DNA of 64,000 nt from Zygnema circumcarinatum SAG 698-1b. Taxonomy: Eukaryota; Plantae; Zygnematophyceae. The DNA lies in NCBI GenBank assembly GCA_037447605.1, contig CM074808.1, positions 992,001 through 1,056,000 of the forward strand, in the 5' to 3' direction. The notes under the pieces were generated by a model that saw nothing but the letters and a program-made list of their open reading frames with translations, ran no database searches and was not told the DNA's origin. Shown in pieces: positions 1 through 11,745 of the stretch. The position numbers were made by a program, and so were the translations under genes. Numbering within the stretch: the first letter of the stretch is position 1; each line of letters starts with the position of its first letter.

Positions 1-1688
1 GATACCATCTGGAAGAACTTCCCGCCTGCAGAAGTCAGCGCAGACAGAAAAAAGTTTTGTCAGTATTCACCATTTGCAGCTGAAGTCTGGTGTTGAGACT
101 CATATAATGTTTGATCGCATTTTCCCAATTTCCACAATGTGGTTTCATAAGGATCCTGACGATTAAAACATTATAAAGAGGAGAACCTCACCAAAAAACG
201 TAACGAGAACTGTTTAAGAACTCTGGGTCATGTTAGGGTACAATATGGTATTCATGAAATGGGAACCGCAAAGTTTTTTGAAGCTGCAAAAATAAATTCT
301 GGTGGAAAGCAGTTGTTTGCCTTCAATCCATATTTCTAAAAGAGCTTCAAAACGCAAATATGCGTAAATATATGGGCAACAATGCCGATCACGCTGAACA
401 GTCGGGCAGACGGGCAGTAGTCATATTTATTGGAGCACATCTCAGTAATCTTGGACATATTTTAAGTCAAACTGAACTCTAGTGATGTTCCACGAGCCTG
501 ATCAAATTCAAATCACTCAGGACTCATTGAAGGTACTGTACATACCCCACAAGAATTCCGTGAAGGTTTCCTTCTGTGCCACAGTTGGTAATATAACCCC
601 AATATTCGCTCTCCTCTATCTCCCACAGCCGTGCAAACCAGTCCAAAACACCGACCTCAAACTCCCGGGAATGAACTCCGTAGTTGCTCTCTATGAACGG
701 ATCCCCCAAGTTGTTGATAGAAAAGTGCTGGAGATGCGATAACGCCCCATAGTCAAAGTCTAAATTATATGGATAGCCTGCTCAAATACAAGAAAATTCC
801 TTTCCGTTCCCTGTTAATTGTGGCGGCAGTGCCTGCAAAATGCCTTGCAACTACTCAAAATTGCTATTCATCTGCAACCAATAAGACACTTATTTTCATA
901 AATGATGCAGGAAGTCAATGTGATGATGAGGTAGTTCTGCATTAAGTTTGTATAATGATGTCGAATTAGTGCTTGCGCAGATTCAAAAGTGAACTGCACG
1001 AACGTATCTTTCCAGATGAACCCCTCATATTAGAAAAGATAATTATCAACTGCCCATTTACACAAGCACAAGTAAATCGCTTAAAACATTAAAAATCCCT
1101 TGGAAACCCTTGGAAAGCCTTGGAAAGGGAAAATTCGCATGTTAGACCAGAAATTTGGCAAAGAGAGCCGGAAATTCTTAATACGCCGAAGTGAAGCTCA
1201 CCTAGATGGTACTTCGTTCTCTCGGTGAGAGTGCGCCGGTATTCAGCCAAAACTCCTGCCATGTGTGCTGCTTTCTCGCCAGTCTCCATGTCATCCTCTA
1301 AGGGCTCCGTTATTTTCATCGACCTCCCGTGCACGTCCCTGCTTTTAAAAACCCTTTTAGCTGCCATAATTCCTGTTTTCTTCGCATCTCCCACACAACC
1401 CACCGCTCCAGCTCCGGGGGTATCCTCACTTCGCTGACCGCAATTTTCAATCTGAGGCCAATTCGGTGATAATTGGAAAAATTTATGATTACCATCAGGC
1501 TCATAATTAAGATTTCCGTCCCCATCACACGCTCTCTCTGCATAGTCTTCTTCAGGAAAAGCAGGAAATGCGCCTCCTCCCGTCTCGCCTACAGCACACC
1601 AGCCGTTGGAGAGGCTCCTCAGCTGCAAAGACTCCAGCGGTATCTCCTCCGGCAGAGGGTGCGCCTCCTGCAATTCTAGCTGCGCCAT
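1..1688 (-). CDS. SDC1: Serine decarboxylase (group II PLP-dependent decarboxylase), 5' part; gene continues beyond the left edge
   Basis: Exons 1688-1202, 777-546 and 25-<1 join in frame at GT-AG junctions to give ...[39 protein letters not shown]|[77 protein letters not shown]|REVLPDGI, matching plant SDC. ATG at 1688. Confidence 0.93.
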
Positions 1689-2014
1689 GACCGACCACTC
1701 CTTCCCGCCCTCAAGCGCAAACAGCTATGGCTGCTTCCCTCTGCGGCCACTTCCGGCCACCCCCCCCCCTTTACGAGGCGCCCAAAGAACCTCTCCATGG
1801 AAGAGGCCCAGGCTATATGCTGTCCTGCAGGCTGCAAGAACTCACTGACAGCCGTCGATCTGTGATCGATCGGACGGCAGACGATGGACGTTTGAGGAGC
1901 TTGCTGCGCTTGACGCGTGGGAGGAGTGCAGGAGCCATTTGGACGGTTTGAATAGTGACGTGTCTGGGCTGTGAGGCAAATCGGGTGACGTGGCAATCTG
2001 AAACTCGCGAACGC

Positions 2015-2650
2015 GACGGTGGCGGTGGCGGTGGCGGTGACGGTGACGGTTGCGGCGACGGTTGCGGCGACGGTGGCGGTGACGGTGACGGTGACGGTGA
2101 CGGTGACGGTGACGGTGACGGTGACGGTGACGGTGACGGTGACGGTGACGGTGACGGTGACGGTGACGGTGACGGTGACGGTGACGGTGACGGTGACGGT
2201 GACGGTGACGGTGACGGTGACGGTGACGGTGACGGTGACGGTGACGGTGACGGTGACGGTGACGGTGACGGTGACGGTGACGGTGACGGTGACGGTGACG
2301 GTGACGGTGACGGTGACGGTGACGGTGACGGTGACGGTGACGGTGACGGTGACGGTGGCGGTGGCGGTGGCGGTGGCGGTGGCGGTGGCGGTGGCGGTGA
2401 CGGTGACGGTGACGGTGACGGTGACGGTGACGGTGACGGTGACGGTGACGGTGACGGTGACGGTGACGGTGACGGTGACGGTGACGGTGACGGTGACGGT
2501 GACGGTGACGGTGACGGTGACGGTGACGGTGACGGTGACGGTGACGGTGACGGTGACGGTGACGGTGACGGTGACGGTGACGGTGACGGTGACGGTGACG
2601 GTGACGGTGACGGTGACGGTGACGGTGACGGTGACGGTGACGGTGACGGT
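2015..2650. repeat. Hexanucleotide tandem array (GACGGT)n, ~106 units, with GGCGGT variant blocks
   Basis: Directly visible 636-bp array. Variant blocks lie near 2020-2075 and 2356-2398. It explains the poly-GD, poly-VT, poly-SP and poly-HR ORFs in the track. Confidence 0.99.
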
Positions 2651-2739
2651 GGTAGGGATAGATATAAAAGAGTGTCATGTTTTAGCATTCTAATCTTCTA
2701 AAAAAAAAAAAAAAATCAATCTAGAATTTCTTTCTTTCC

Positions 2740-2925
2740 CCTTCCCCCCTCCCCCCCTCCCTCCCTCCCCGTCGCTCCCTCCCCCCCTCCCCCCTCCCTC
2801 CCTCCCTCCCTCCCTCCCCACTCCCCTTTCCCCTTAGGGAGTGAAGGGGGGGAGGGGGGAAGGGGGAGAAGGGAGAATCATCAGAGAGAGAGAGAGAGAA
2901 CGAGAGAGAGACAGAGAGAGAGAGT
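2740..2925. repeat. C-rich tract followed by G-rich tract and (GA)n microsatellite
   Basis: ccctccct.. run (2740-2835), then gggggagggggaaggggg and gagagaga runs. A poly-A run lies at 2700-2715. Confidence 0.85.
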
Positions 2926-3399
2926 AAAATCAGTCTGAATGCAATCTGCCCAGAGTCATGCTCTAAGAGATGAGGCATCAGCATATAGAGAAGCGAGCAC
3001 TGACAGTGGATTAGAGCCTAAACACTAGCAGTGGTAAGAGAGCTGATATATATTTATTTGTTATTTTACAACATTGCGATCATTACACGTGAAGCAATGC
3101 GCAGGTGTCGGGGGTAGCATTTCCAAAATATGAACTTCTGCCGCTGACGATTCTCCTGCCTTCGCTTTCCCCTTACGATCTTTTCTCTATTCAGCCCCCT
3201 AAATCAAACTTTCTCCTTTGTGTCAAAACAAAAAAAAATACTTTGCAAATAAAAGAATATTGAACGTTGACAACCCAGTGGCCTCTCCTGACCTCCAATC
3301 TCCGTAAAAAAAAAAAAAAAAAATTTAGCGGTGGTTTCACCAGACCCTTGCAACTGCAAATCAAATGAATGGACCGACTCATCGAGGGATGCCTTGCAA

Positions 3400-5013
3400 G
3401 GCCATGCAAGGACCGCCTACGCGAGAAGGTACTGCACGAGTACGCGCACCACGGCCTCCCCCACAGCGCCGTGAATGTACCGCATGTTGGAGTGCACGCA
3501 GGAGTAGTGGAGGTCCTTGTTCTACACCCCGTGGTTGTTCTGATTCTTGCACGTGCCTAAATATCTCGCCGATTTTATAGGCCAAAAGTCCATGTATTCA
3601 ACGTCACCACGCTTTTCCATCAATCGCCTGCACACGAGTCGGAGTGAACCTACATCAAGGCTGTGCAAAAAAAGGGCAAAAGAAGGCGTTTCGCGTGTGG
3701 GTTCTGACAGAAATGCAGTGAAGTGAGCAGGCCTTCAACATCCTCCTCTCCCACCAGTCGCGTTAAGTCCCCCTTCAGAATGAAATACATGCAATACATA
3801 CGTAAAATAAAAAAAAAAGTCTGAGGGCCCCTCAACTTGTATATGTAGATCCGCCACTGTCTCCCACCTCCCCCCCCCCACTCCCCGTTCCTCTCTCTTT
3901 CTCGTCTTCATGGAGGCGAACAGCTCTGAGGGCTTGTCATTTGCTTTTTTTAAAGCTTCATTCAAATACTTTTCACTCGTTTACGCTGCGTTTTGGCAGA
4001 TAGGAACGATGCTGAATGGGCCGAAAGTCTCAAGAACAAAGAAAAAAGAAGAAAGAATACTTCTCGATGCTGAAGAGGTTTCAGGTTTACGATATCCACT
4101 ATGAGAATCTCATCATTCAAATGAATTTGCTCAAAATGTGATGCAATGGCAATATTTTTCGCGAACCAGAAAATCATGAACCTGGAACCAGGAACGAGGA
4201 ACTAGGAATCAGGAGACCGTTAAAAAAAGATTAAAGCTTAAATGCATCATAACATCTTCATATGAACGGCGGCCGGACAGCATATGTGAAGCATAAGGTC
4301 CACATACAGGAGGGGAGGAACTAGAGGAGAGCAAGAGAGAAAGAAAGAGAGAGAGAGAGAGGGGGAGAGAGAGATCGATAGAGAGCAAAAGGGAGCTAGA
4401 GAGAGAGAGAGCGAGAGCGAGAGAGAGCTAGAGAGAGAGCTAGATAGAGAGAAATACAGAGAGAGGGAGAGGGAGGAAGGGAGGGTAGAAGGCAGTGTGA
4501 GAGAAAGAAGAGCACACCTGCGATTCGAACGTGGTGTTCTAAGTCGTCGCCCCCCTCCCTCCAGCCCTCCGCCACCCCTTCCCAGCACTCCTCCTCTTTC
4601 TCCTCCAGCTCCTTCCTCCACCCTGATCCCTCCTTCCGCTCAAATCCCCGGAAGCCATGGCCTTCATTTGAACCGCCCCTCCGCTGTGAAGAACCAGAAG
4701 TGCGACTTTCCAAACTCCACGTGGCGGCGTGTAAAGCCTCGCCTTGGACAGGCGGGGGAGGGGCGCCACGTGGCACCTCCGTGGGAGCGCCAGGGAGCCT
4801 TCTGGTGTCGCTTCCGCGCAGGACAGGTGTCGCGGCGGCTGCCCAGGACCCGCCATGGCGGCGAGCGATGGAGAGGAGGAGAACAAGGGAGAGGAGGCGA
4901 GGAGGGATCCGGCAGCCATGGCCGGGCCCCGGGGAGGAGCCGGCAGGCACTTGGCGGAGGGAGACGAGGCGCCGAGTTGGTGATGTGTGGGAGCTTGCGG
5001 GGGGGGAAGCCAT
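3400..5013 (-). pseudogene. Probable disrupted multi-exon gene (type II membrane / SGNH-PC-esterase-like C-terminus)
   Basis: Candidate exon 1 at 5013-4518 (ATG in GCCATGG, hydrophobic stretch LLSLVLLLSIA, donor GCAG|GTGTGC). A distal segment at ~3620-3420 reads RLMEKRGDVEYMDFWPIKSARYLGTCKNQNNHGV*NKDLHYSCVHSNMRYIHGAVGEAVVRVLVQYLLA* with strongly GC3-biased codons but in-frame TAGs. The middle exons could not be joined in frame. Confidence 0.3.
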
Positions 5014-5147
5014 GGCTGGCTGCGACTGAGAGGACAAAAAGGAAAGTGGAGAGGGCCAAAAGTCAAGTAGAAAACGCCGCGTGAACTGATCCTCGTCGTC
5101 AGCGTTATTAGGGCTGACTGTATTCAGCCCTACTAGTATATTAATTA

Positions 5148-5344
5148 GGGGGAGTCAGACCTTGACCATCGCTTACGAAATTCCCGAATTCCTTATACTA
5201 GAAAAAAGTTTCGTGTACGAATTCCGGGTCGGGATCCGCGGCTCCGTCGTACACAGCCGTACCGAAATGCGTACCCAGCCAATGCTTAATTCGCCCGACA
5301 GGCTTACGAAATTGATTTGGCGATGGTCAAGGTCTGACTCCCCC
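5148..5344. mobile_element. MITE, 197 bp, perfect 25-bp TIRs, TA target-site duplication
   Basis: GGGGGAGTCAGACCTTGACCATCGC (5148-5172) is the exact reverse complement of 5320-5344. TA flanks lie at 5146-5147 and 5345-5346. No coding capacity. Confidence 0.9.
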
Positions 5345-7036
5345 TATTATACGGAATCGCTATTTCCACACCTTTTGTCTAGATACACGCCTTTAAGATT
5401 AAAAAATCCCCAATACCCTTCAGCCCCTAAAACAAAATCTGACCGTTGAATGTTACTTTCATCACGTTTGTGCCGTGCAATTTTGAGAAATGTACGGAGG
5501 CCCGAAGGCTGTATTATCATAGGCCATTTGTGGTCGCTTTCACATTGTTGTTGTTGTGTACAATAGTGGCGGTCCTTAGAAGATTTGATCACAGTCTGAA
5601 CAGGATACTAGGACGCTGTTCTCAGTGGGAACACGGGACGTCTGAGTATGGCACGTGGAGGGCGGCGATAGGCTGCGCGGTCAGCTTTGTATTGTTTCAT
5701 TGCTTTGGCGGACGACCGTACAAAATGTCCGGAGCGTACGAGACACGTGGGTGTACGGACGCCCAACACACGCGTTGAAGAGGCGCGCGCGATGGATGCG
5801 AAGCTTCGCGGAAGGCTGGCACGTCGAAGGAGGGCGTTTCCGGTACGGACACTCTCCCCCTGGCCATGGCGACCCTCAGGGTGAGCTCCAGCGCGGTGCG
5901 GGGCGAGAGCTCCGCGAGACGTGGAGCATCGTTAGCGACATGGAGGTGCACTGTGCGGAGGCGCGCGGCGGAACGTGGAGTAGTGCAGCGCTTAGTATTT
6001 AAATAGGATTTGTTTAGGATTTAATTAACCTGAGAGTTCAACTTAATTCAGCTGCAACTTGGCTCGTGTTGCTGAGTGCAGTTGCCTGGTTGTATGGGCA
6101 GCAGGAAGTAGGGGAGTGAGTCAGAGCAAAAATGGACGCCCTGAAGTCTTGAACTTAATGCTTGTTTCTCTTCATACTTAATTATGGAGTTTTGAGGCTC
6201 TCCTTTATTGCACTTCTCGGTGTTTCAATTTCAGTGTGTAATTCTCTCTTTCCGGTGTGTGCGTTGGGGAGGTTTATTCGCTGTTTTGCAAGCATGTCTT
6301 GGAGTGAGATTAGTGAGAGAGACCGTGCCCAAATTGTCAACACACATTGGGTCTCACATGTTGCCATTTTGAGTATTTCCATGTCCATTCCGCACAACCG
6401 CACATCGTTCGCGACCTTTCCGCCACTCTTTCAACTTCTCGTCTGCGACTTTTCCCCCGCTCTTCGCTGCTTGTACGAATTGTATGGACCGTACGGTGAA
6501 CACGACAACAGCAAACTGCTTCTGCATGTTTCTATCGCGCGTCCTTTAAAGGCACTTTTTCATTCACGGGCAAATACCATAACGCTTTTTTTGGCTGACC
6601 GCGGACAGTTTGCCCGAGACCATATGACCAATAAAGGCGCCACGTCAGTAATTTCGCTGTCAGAAATGCTGAGTAGCAGCGGGAAAAACGATGCTCTGCT
6701 GCCCGCGGTCAATGCCGTGCATTCTCGCTGCCCAAAAATTTCAGCCCGAACCTTCGTGAATGCCTGTGGGCGCCACGTCAGATACCGCACGTGTAGGAGG
6801 CTGCGCCGATTGGCCGCAGGTAGCGAGTTCCCGGCGCCGACACCCGCCCCCGCCCATCCATCCATGGACCATCCATCCAAGACGTCCCGGCCCAGCTCCC
6901 AAGGCCGGGGGGGGGGTTCAGGCCGGGCGGGGCCTTGCTCGTGGTTTTGGAGGATTTTCCTTGGAAGGCGGGCCAGGTGTGCATCAGGGCTCCTTGTTTA
7001 ACAGTGAAGGCGGAGAACGGGGTGTTGTTTGCAGCC

Positions 7037-9559
7037 ATGGCGGCCATGGCTTCCCTGGCTGAGAGAGCGGCTGTACGTGCTTCGTTTCCATCCCTGCAAA
7101 GCTGCGGCGATGTTTCCGCTAAGGCCGGGCAGAGGTGTGGGATGCTCTTGAGTGCGGGAGGAAGTGAGCGGCAGAGAGGGCTGGATGGCAAGAAGGCGGA
7201 AGGATCTTTTGTCGGCCTCCTTTCGAAGGGAAGGAATGATGTGAACAGAAAACAGTTAAGGCGGCGTTTGAGCTGCTCTCGGGCTGCCTTGGAAGAAGAC
7301 CAGGTCAGTTGTATAGGCCTTTGGGCTCTAGGTTGCATCGTCCCCTTGTTACGTTTTTCCCTTTTTCAACTTGTGATTGTGGATGGGCCCATTTCTTATA
7401 TGCTGGTGTATTGTTCGGCTTGGTTTGACTTATTTAGGCAGGATAATGGCTTTTTCAAAACTGCTGGGGCGCATGTCAGCTTCAGAGTCGTGCAAGCAAT
7501 GGTTTTTCCGAAGTTCCCTTTATTGCCTTTTATTTTTTTAGTTATTTAGAAAATGAAGCATGGTTGGACTCAGCTTACAGTGCAAGTGGAACAGGTTGGA
7601 ACGGAGTCTAAGAAAATATTGGATGAAGCTGTCGAGACTGTGAAGAGCACTGCTGCCGAAACCGCTAAACAAGTCGAGAACGGCACCGAAAAGGCCAAAG
7701 ATCTGCTGCTTAACGCCGCTCAGCAGCTGCGGGAGCAAGCAGACGCTCTCCGAAGTCAAGCCAGCATTGCAACTGAGCAGCTCGTGGAGACTGCAGGAAA
7801 GCACGCAGGTTTCACAGCTGAACAGTTGAAGGAGGAGACAGAAAAGACGGCTGCGCAGTTGAAAGCTGAGGCAGAAAAGGCAGCAGAGGAGCTGAAGGAG
7901 CATAGCGAAAGGGCAGCGGCACAGTTGGCAGCAACTGCTCATGAGACAGCCGAGATAGCGAAGGAAAGCCTTGTGGTTATCGTTGAGAACTCGCCAGAGA
8001 GTATCAAGGAAATTGCAGAAGTGGCCATTCACGCGCATTCAAAGGAGGCTGCAAAGAATGGAGCTGTAATTCATGATTTCTGCCTGGGAATTCCTTACGG
8101 TACTGACCTCTACAGTTAAATATTGTTTGCTTCCACATTGCCTCTAGAAAAATCCTGATGTCATGGAGGCATTACCACTCAGAAGTAGCGTCTTGTTCAA
8201 TCACGCAGCTAGACGTTCAAGCTATTTTAAAAAAAACAATCAACTTATCATAGCTAGTGGCTCTCTTGTGCAGGTGCTCTTCTTACTGTCGGAGGACTTT
8301 TCTGGTTCTTGGTTTCGGGAAGTTTGAATGCGCTTAGGTTTGGCACTATTTTGGGTGGCATTTTGCTTGCTTCGAGCATACAAAGTCTCAGAGTGTGGCA
8401 AAAGGCAAAGTCAACCATGGCTTACATCATAACTCAAGCAGGTAATGTGCTTTCAAGCAATAATGTGGTTCAGCAATTAGCATAAACAAGCTTTTGAAAA
8501 ATTAGGTCAATTATTGAAAGCATAGCTCACTAATCTGGAGAGGACAGGTCTGTTATTGACATGGCTGCAGCTTTGTTCAGCCTGTGTTATTCTGGATTTT
8601 CGAAGAACTGCCACTCTAGAATGGGAAGGATATTATTTAACGGCTTCCATGTGTGAGCCTTACCACGTTCAAGGAAATGCTAGAACATTATTTCTTTGTA
8701 CAGATCTTGAAATTCACGATTTTTTTTTCTCATGGCAGTGGTTGCCGCGATTGTACTGATCAAGGAGGCGTCTAAATTCACAGAGGTGAGAATTAGGGGT
8801 TGTTATCGAGGACCTGCTTTTCACCACTTGCTCCTTTACTTCACTGTGTGCTCACATCGTTGGTCTCCATTCAACTTCCAAAGTCACTCGTTGGATTCGC
8901 TAGTCTGCTGCTCTAAGCTTATTTACCTAGGCAGCGAATGCTGGGCAGTCATCCCTTATAGTGCCAATGAGGTCCAACCATTTTTTTGTTGTTGGACATG
9001 GGCAGACTGGAGCTATGTTTCCGACCGGGGTTACGGCTGTGGTCAGGTGAGTTTCTTCGTTTTGCTAAAAGGGATAGAGAATCAATGCTGTCGTTAGAAA
9101 AACATATATGCACTGCAATTAATATTTTGAAATGGAAGTTCATCACTGACATCACCTTGTTGTTAGTAATTAACCGTGTATAGACGAAAATGACCTTCTG
9201 TTGCCCTCCTCTGTCAAGGGGAGATAAACTATTTTCGTGTTGTCTTTTGCTTTTTGCATGGAGTTCTACATAGGTTGTACTGTCGAATTTGCAAAAAAGG
9301 GTTAGGGAATCCAACTTATGTTTTGCGGTGTTGTTGGGAATCGAGCTGTATGTTGTATGTTGTATTTTCTAGCCACACTCATGCCCCAATTGTTGGGGAG
9401 GAAAAGGTTTTTGAAACTTATTGAGAATTTTGTAAATGCCTAACAAAGTCTGGGGGACGGTGCTGCAGTGCCGCTATGGTTGCTTTCTATGCGTATGTAG
9501 TGTTGGCGGGAGGTCCTCCGAAGAAGAAAGTAGAGACGACGACATCCTTAGCAAGTTAA
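7037..9559 (+). CDS. FAX: Plastid FATTY ACID EXPORT (FAX/TMEM14) family protein with long helical N-terminal region (At2g38550-like)
   Basis: Six exons (~7037-7302, ~7594-8097, ~8274-8441, ~8739-8785, ~9005-9047, ~9467-9559). A transit-peptide-like start and an Ala/Glu/Lys-rich helical region precede IHDFCLGIPYG|ALLTVGGLFWFLVSGSLNALRFGTILGGILLASSIQSLRVWQKAKSTMAYIITQA...SAAMVAFYAYVVLAGGPPKKK, the FAX signature. Internal exon coordinates are approximate. Confidence 0.9.
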
Positions 9560-11745
9560 TCGGGTATGACTGTTCAAGCTAATTGTGCTCCTGAAATGCT
9601 CCAATAGCATCACTTGGTAAACGAATTCTGAAAATAAAGCTAGTTTAAGTAGAATGTCTAGGCCAGAATGAAGCGCATTAAAAACCAAGAGTGTTCAACT
9701 CTCGTCAGGTGCAATACCTAGTTCGGGAAAACTCATATTTTTGGGCCAAAAGCAATAGAAATAAGTTGTAGATGTCGAGATGTCTGAATCAGTAGGCAAA
9801 CTGTTTGTCTCCAATAGCAGAGTGTTTACCCAAAGTGATGTATTTTGGTAACGCTTGTAAAGCCTAGCAGGTTTATGGGTTATACAACTTGTCTGTATCC
9901 AGAACAGTGAGCAGTGAACAGTGAGTTTGTTCTCCTCCCATGCCAGCTCTCCACTCACATACATCTAGCTTAACTCCTCAACAACCTTCAGTTGTACTTG
10001 CCTTGTTAGCTGGATTCTAGATTCGTGTATCTTTCTTCATTACCTGTTAATTTTGAACTTAAATTTGCGAGATTCAGGTGTGACGTACGACTCAGAATGC
10101 CGGTCATTGTCTGAACCTAATATCCCCCGCTTACCCACTTCACCTTTCCTTTTTTATTGTTCTTACTTTCACCTCTTGTCGTTTGCACTGATGGCAGCCT
10201 TTTTCTTCTGCCAGTCTGGTTAATGGCCATTTAGCCGGTGTTCTGCGCTTCCTGCAGGCCATACTGACTCGTCACAATAGTTGTAGTTTGATTCTAGAAA
10301 GGAGCAAATAGCAGTCATATCTGCAAGACGACTATCTGACCTTATGTGTCTCCATTTCTGGTGCCCACGCATCTATTGGAATCTATCAAGCATGCTGCTG
10401 TCCCTTTGTTCGTTCCCTCCTCCTCTTCGCACCTCACAGCTCCTGTCATCTCCTCCTCTTCCACTTTCCCCTCAGCACCCCCCTTTCTCTTACACTCCGT
10501 TCCCCCTCCCCCCCTTCTCCATTTCCCTCCCCCCTTTCCTCTCTTTCTCTCCTTCTACCCCCTCGCCAGGCCTCTTATTCTCCACCGGCCTCTCTTTCCC
10601 CCCTCCCCTTTGTCCTTTTTTTTTCCCCACAATTTCCCTTCCATTCCTCTCCCTCCTGTCTCTCCCTCTCGCTCTCTCTCGTTGGCCTGTGAGGCTGTCT
10701 CGTGTGCAGTGGTAAGCCTACGTGTTACACTTCTATGGTCGCATCTTGTGCGCTTGTTAAGGCTATCAGACAGTTCCTTTCAGTCATCTCCTTTCACGAA
10801 ACACATCATTCTCTTTCTCATTCTCGTAGGGTCTTTTGGCCCATGGATTCGTTTCCCTCTTACCTTCTTGGGTTTTGACAACTGGTCCAACACGTTTACC
10901 TTGAATAATGTCAGGAGGCACACTTGCACTATTGCCCATGTCATAGCGTGCCCGTGCATCAGCAGCTTTGCCACACTTCGCGCTTTTTTTTTCGTAAGCC
11001 ATACTAGCCACATCCCTGAAGAGTTCCAATGTCGTCTTGATGATCAACTTGTGCAATTTCTTACAGCTTGGACGATTAGATTGCGAACAATCTGTGGTTG
11101 GCTGTGCAATGGTTCCCAACGACTGCCAAGTTCTGAAACAAAGCATTGGCAACAGTCGGCTAAGTGTGTTGCCAATGGTTTGTAACCATTGAGTGCAACG
11201 CGCGCAACCCTTGCAACGCCTGGTGGATCCGCTAATCAACGGGTGGATCTGCAAACAATTGGCGATGGTTACCTTTTCCTGCCCCGACAACCACTGCTGG
11301 TTGCTATCCATGCCAATTTTTTTATTCAATGGCAGCCCCTAACGATTGAGCCGTTGCCAACGCCGACCAATCATCACAGCCCACGTCAAAATGTGTTGGC
11401 ACACGGGAAGACCGGATTGGTTCCGTGTACCGCATCGACGGCCACCGCGCCACCTCACCTGCCTCGAACCTTTGCCCCCTCCCCTGGTCAGAAGAAATAA
11501 TTTGAAAGATGATTTATAAACATAATATATTACACTTTTTATATCCCACCTCCCGCAACCAACGCCCATCCCATTTCCCCCCATGGCCCCCACCGGAACC
11601 CATCCCATACCTTCCCATTCCAACCCCGCGCTACCGCCGCCAGAGGCCGCTCCCGTCCGGAGGCGCCGCCCGCCCAGGGCCCCGCACCCGCCCGGCGCCC
11701 AATTATCGGCCCTTTTGGCATTTTCGACTCGCCCCATCGGTCCCG

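Noticed and set aside
1842-2701. Long poly-GD, poly-VT and poly-HR ORFs
   Set aside because: They are automatic products of a stop-free hexamer repeat. Most lack an ATG start and have no flanking domain.
3400-3530. Possible TAG-to-Gln reassignment (ulvophyte-like genetic code)
   Set aside because: Well-conserved genes in this window (AP2S, CD2BP2) end at TAG exactly where homologues end, so the standard code applies.
6162-7001. 279-aa plus-strand ORF upstream of FAX
   Set aside because: Non-ATG start, no recognisable domain, UTR/promoter-like composition.
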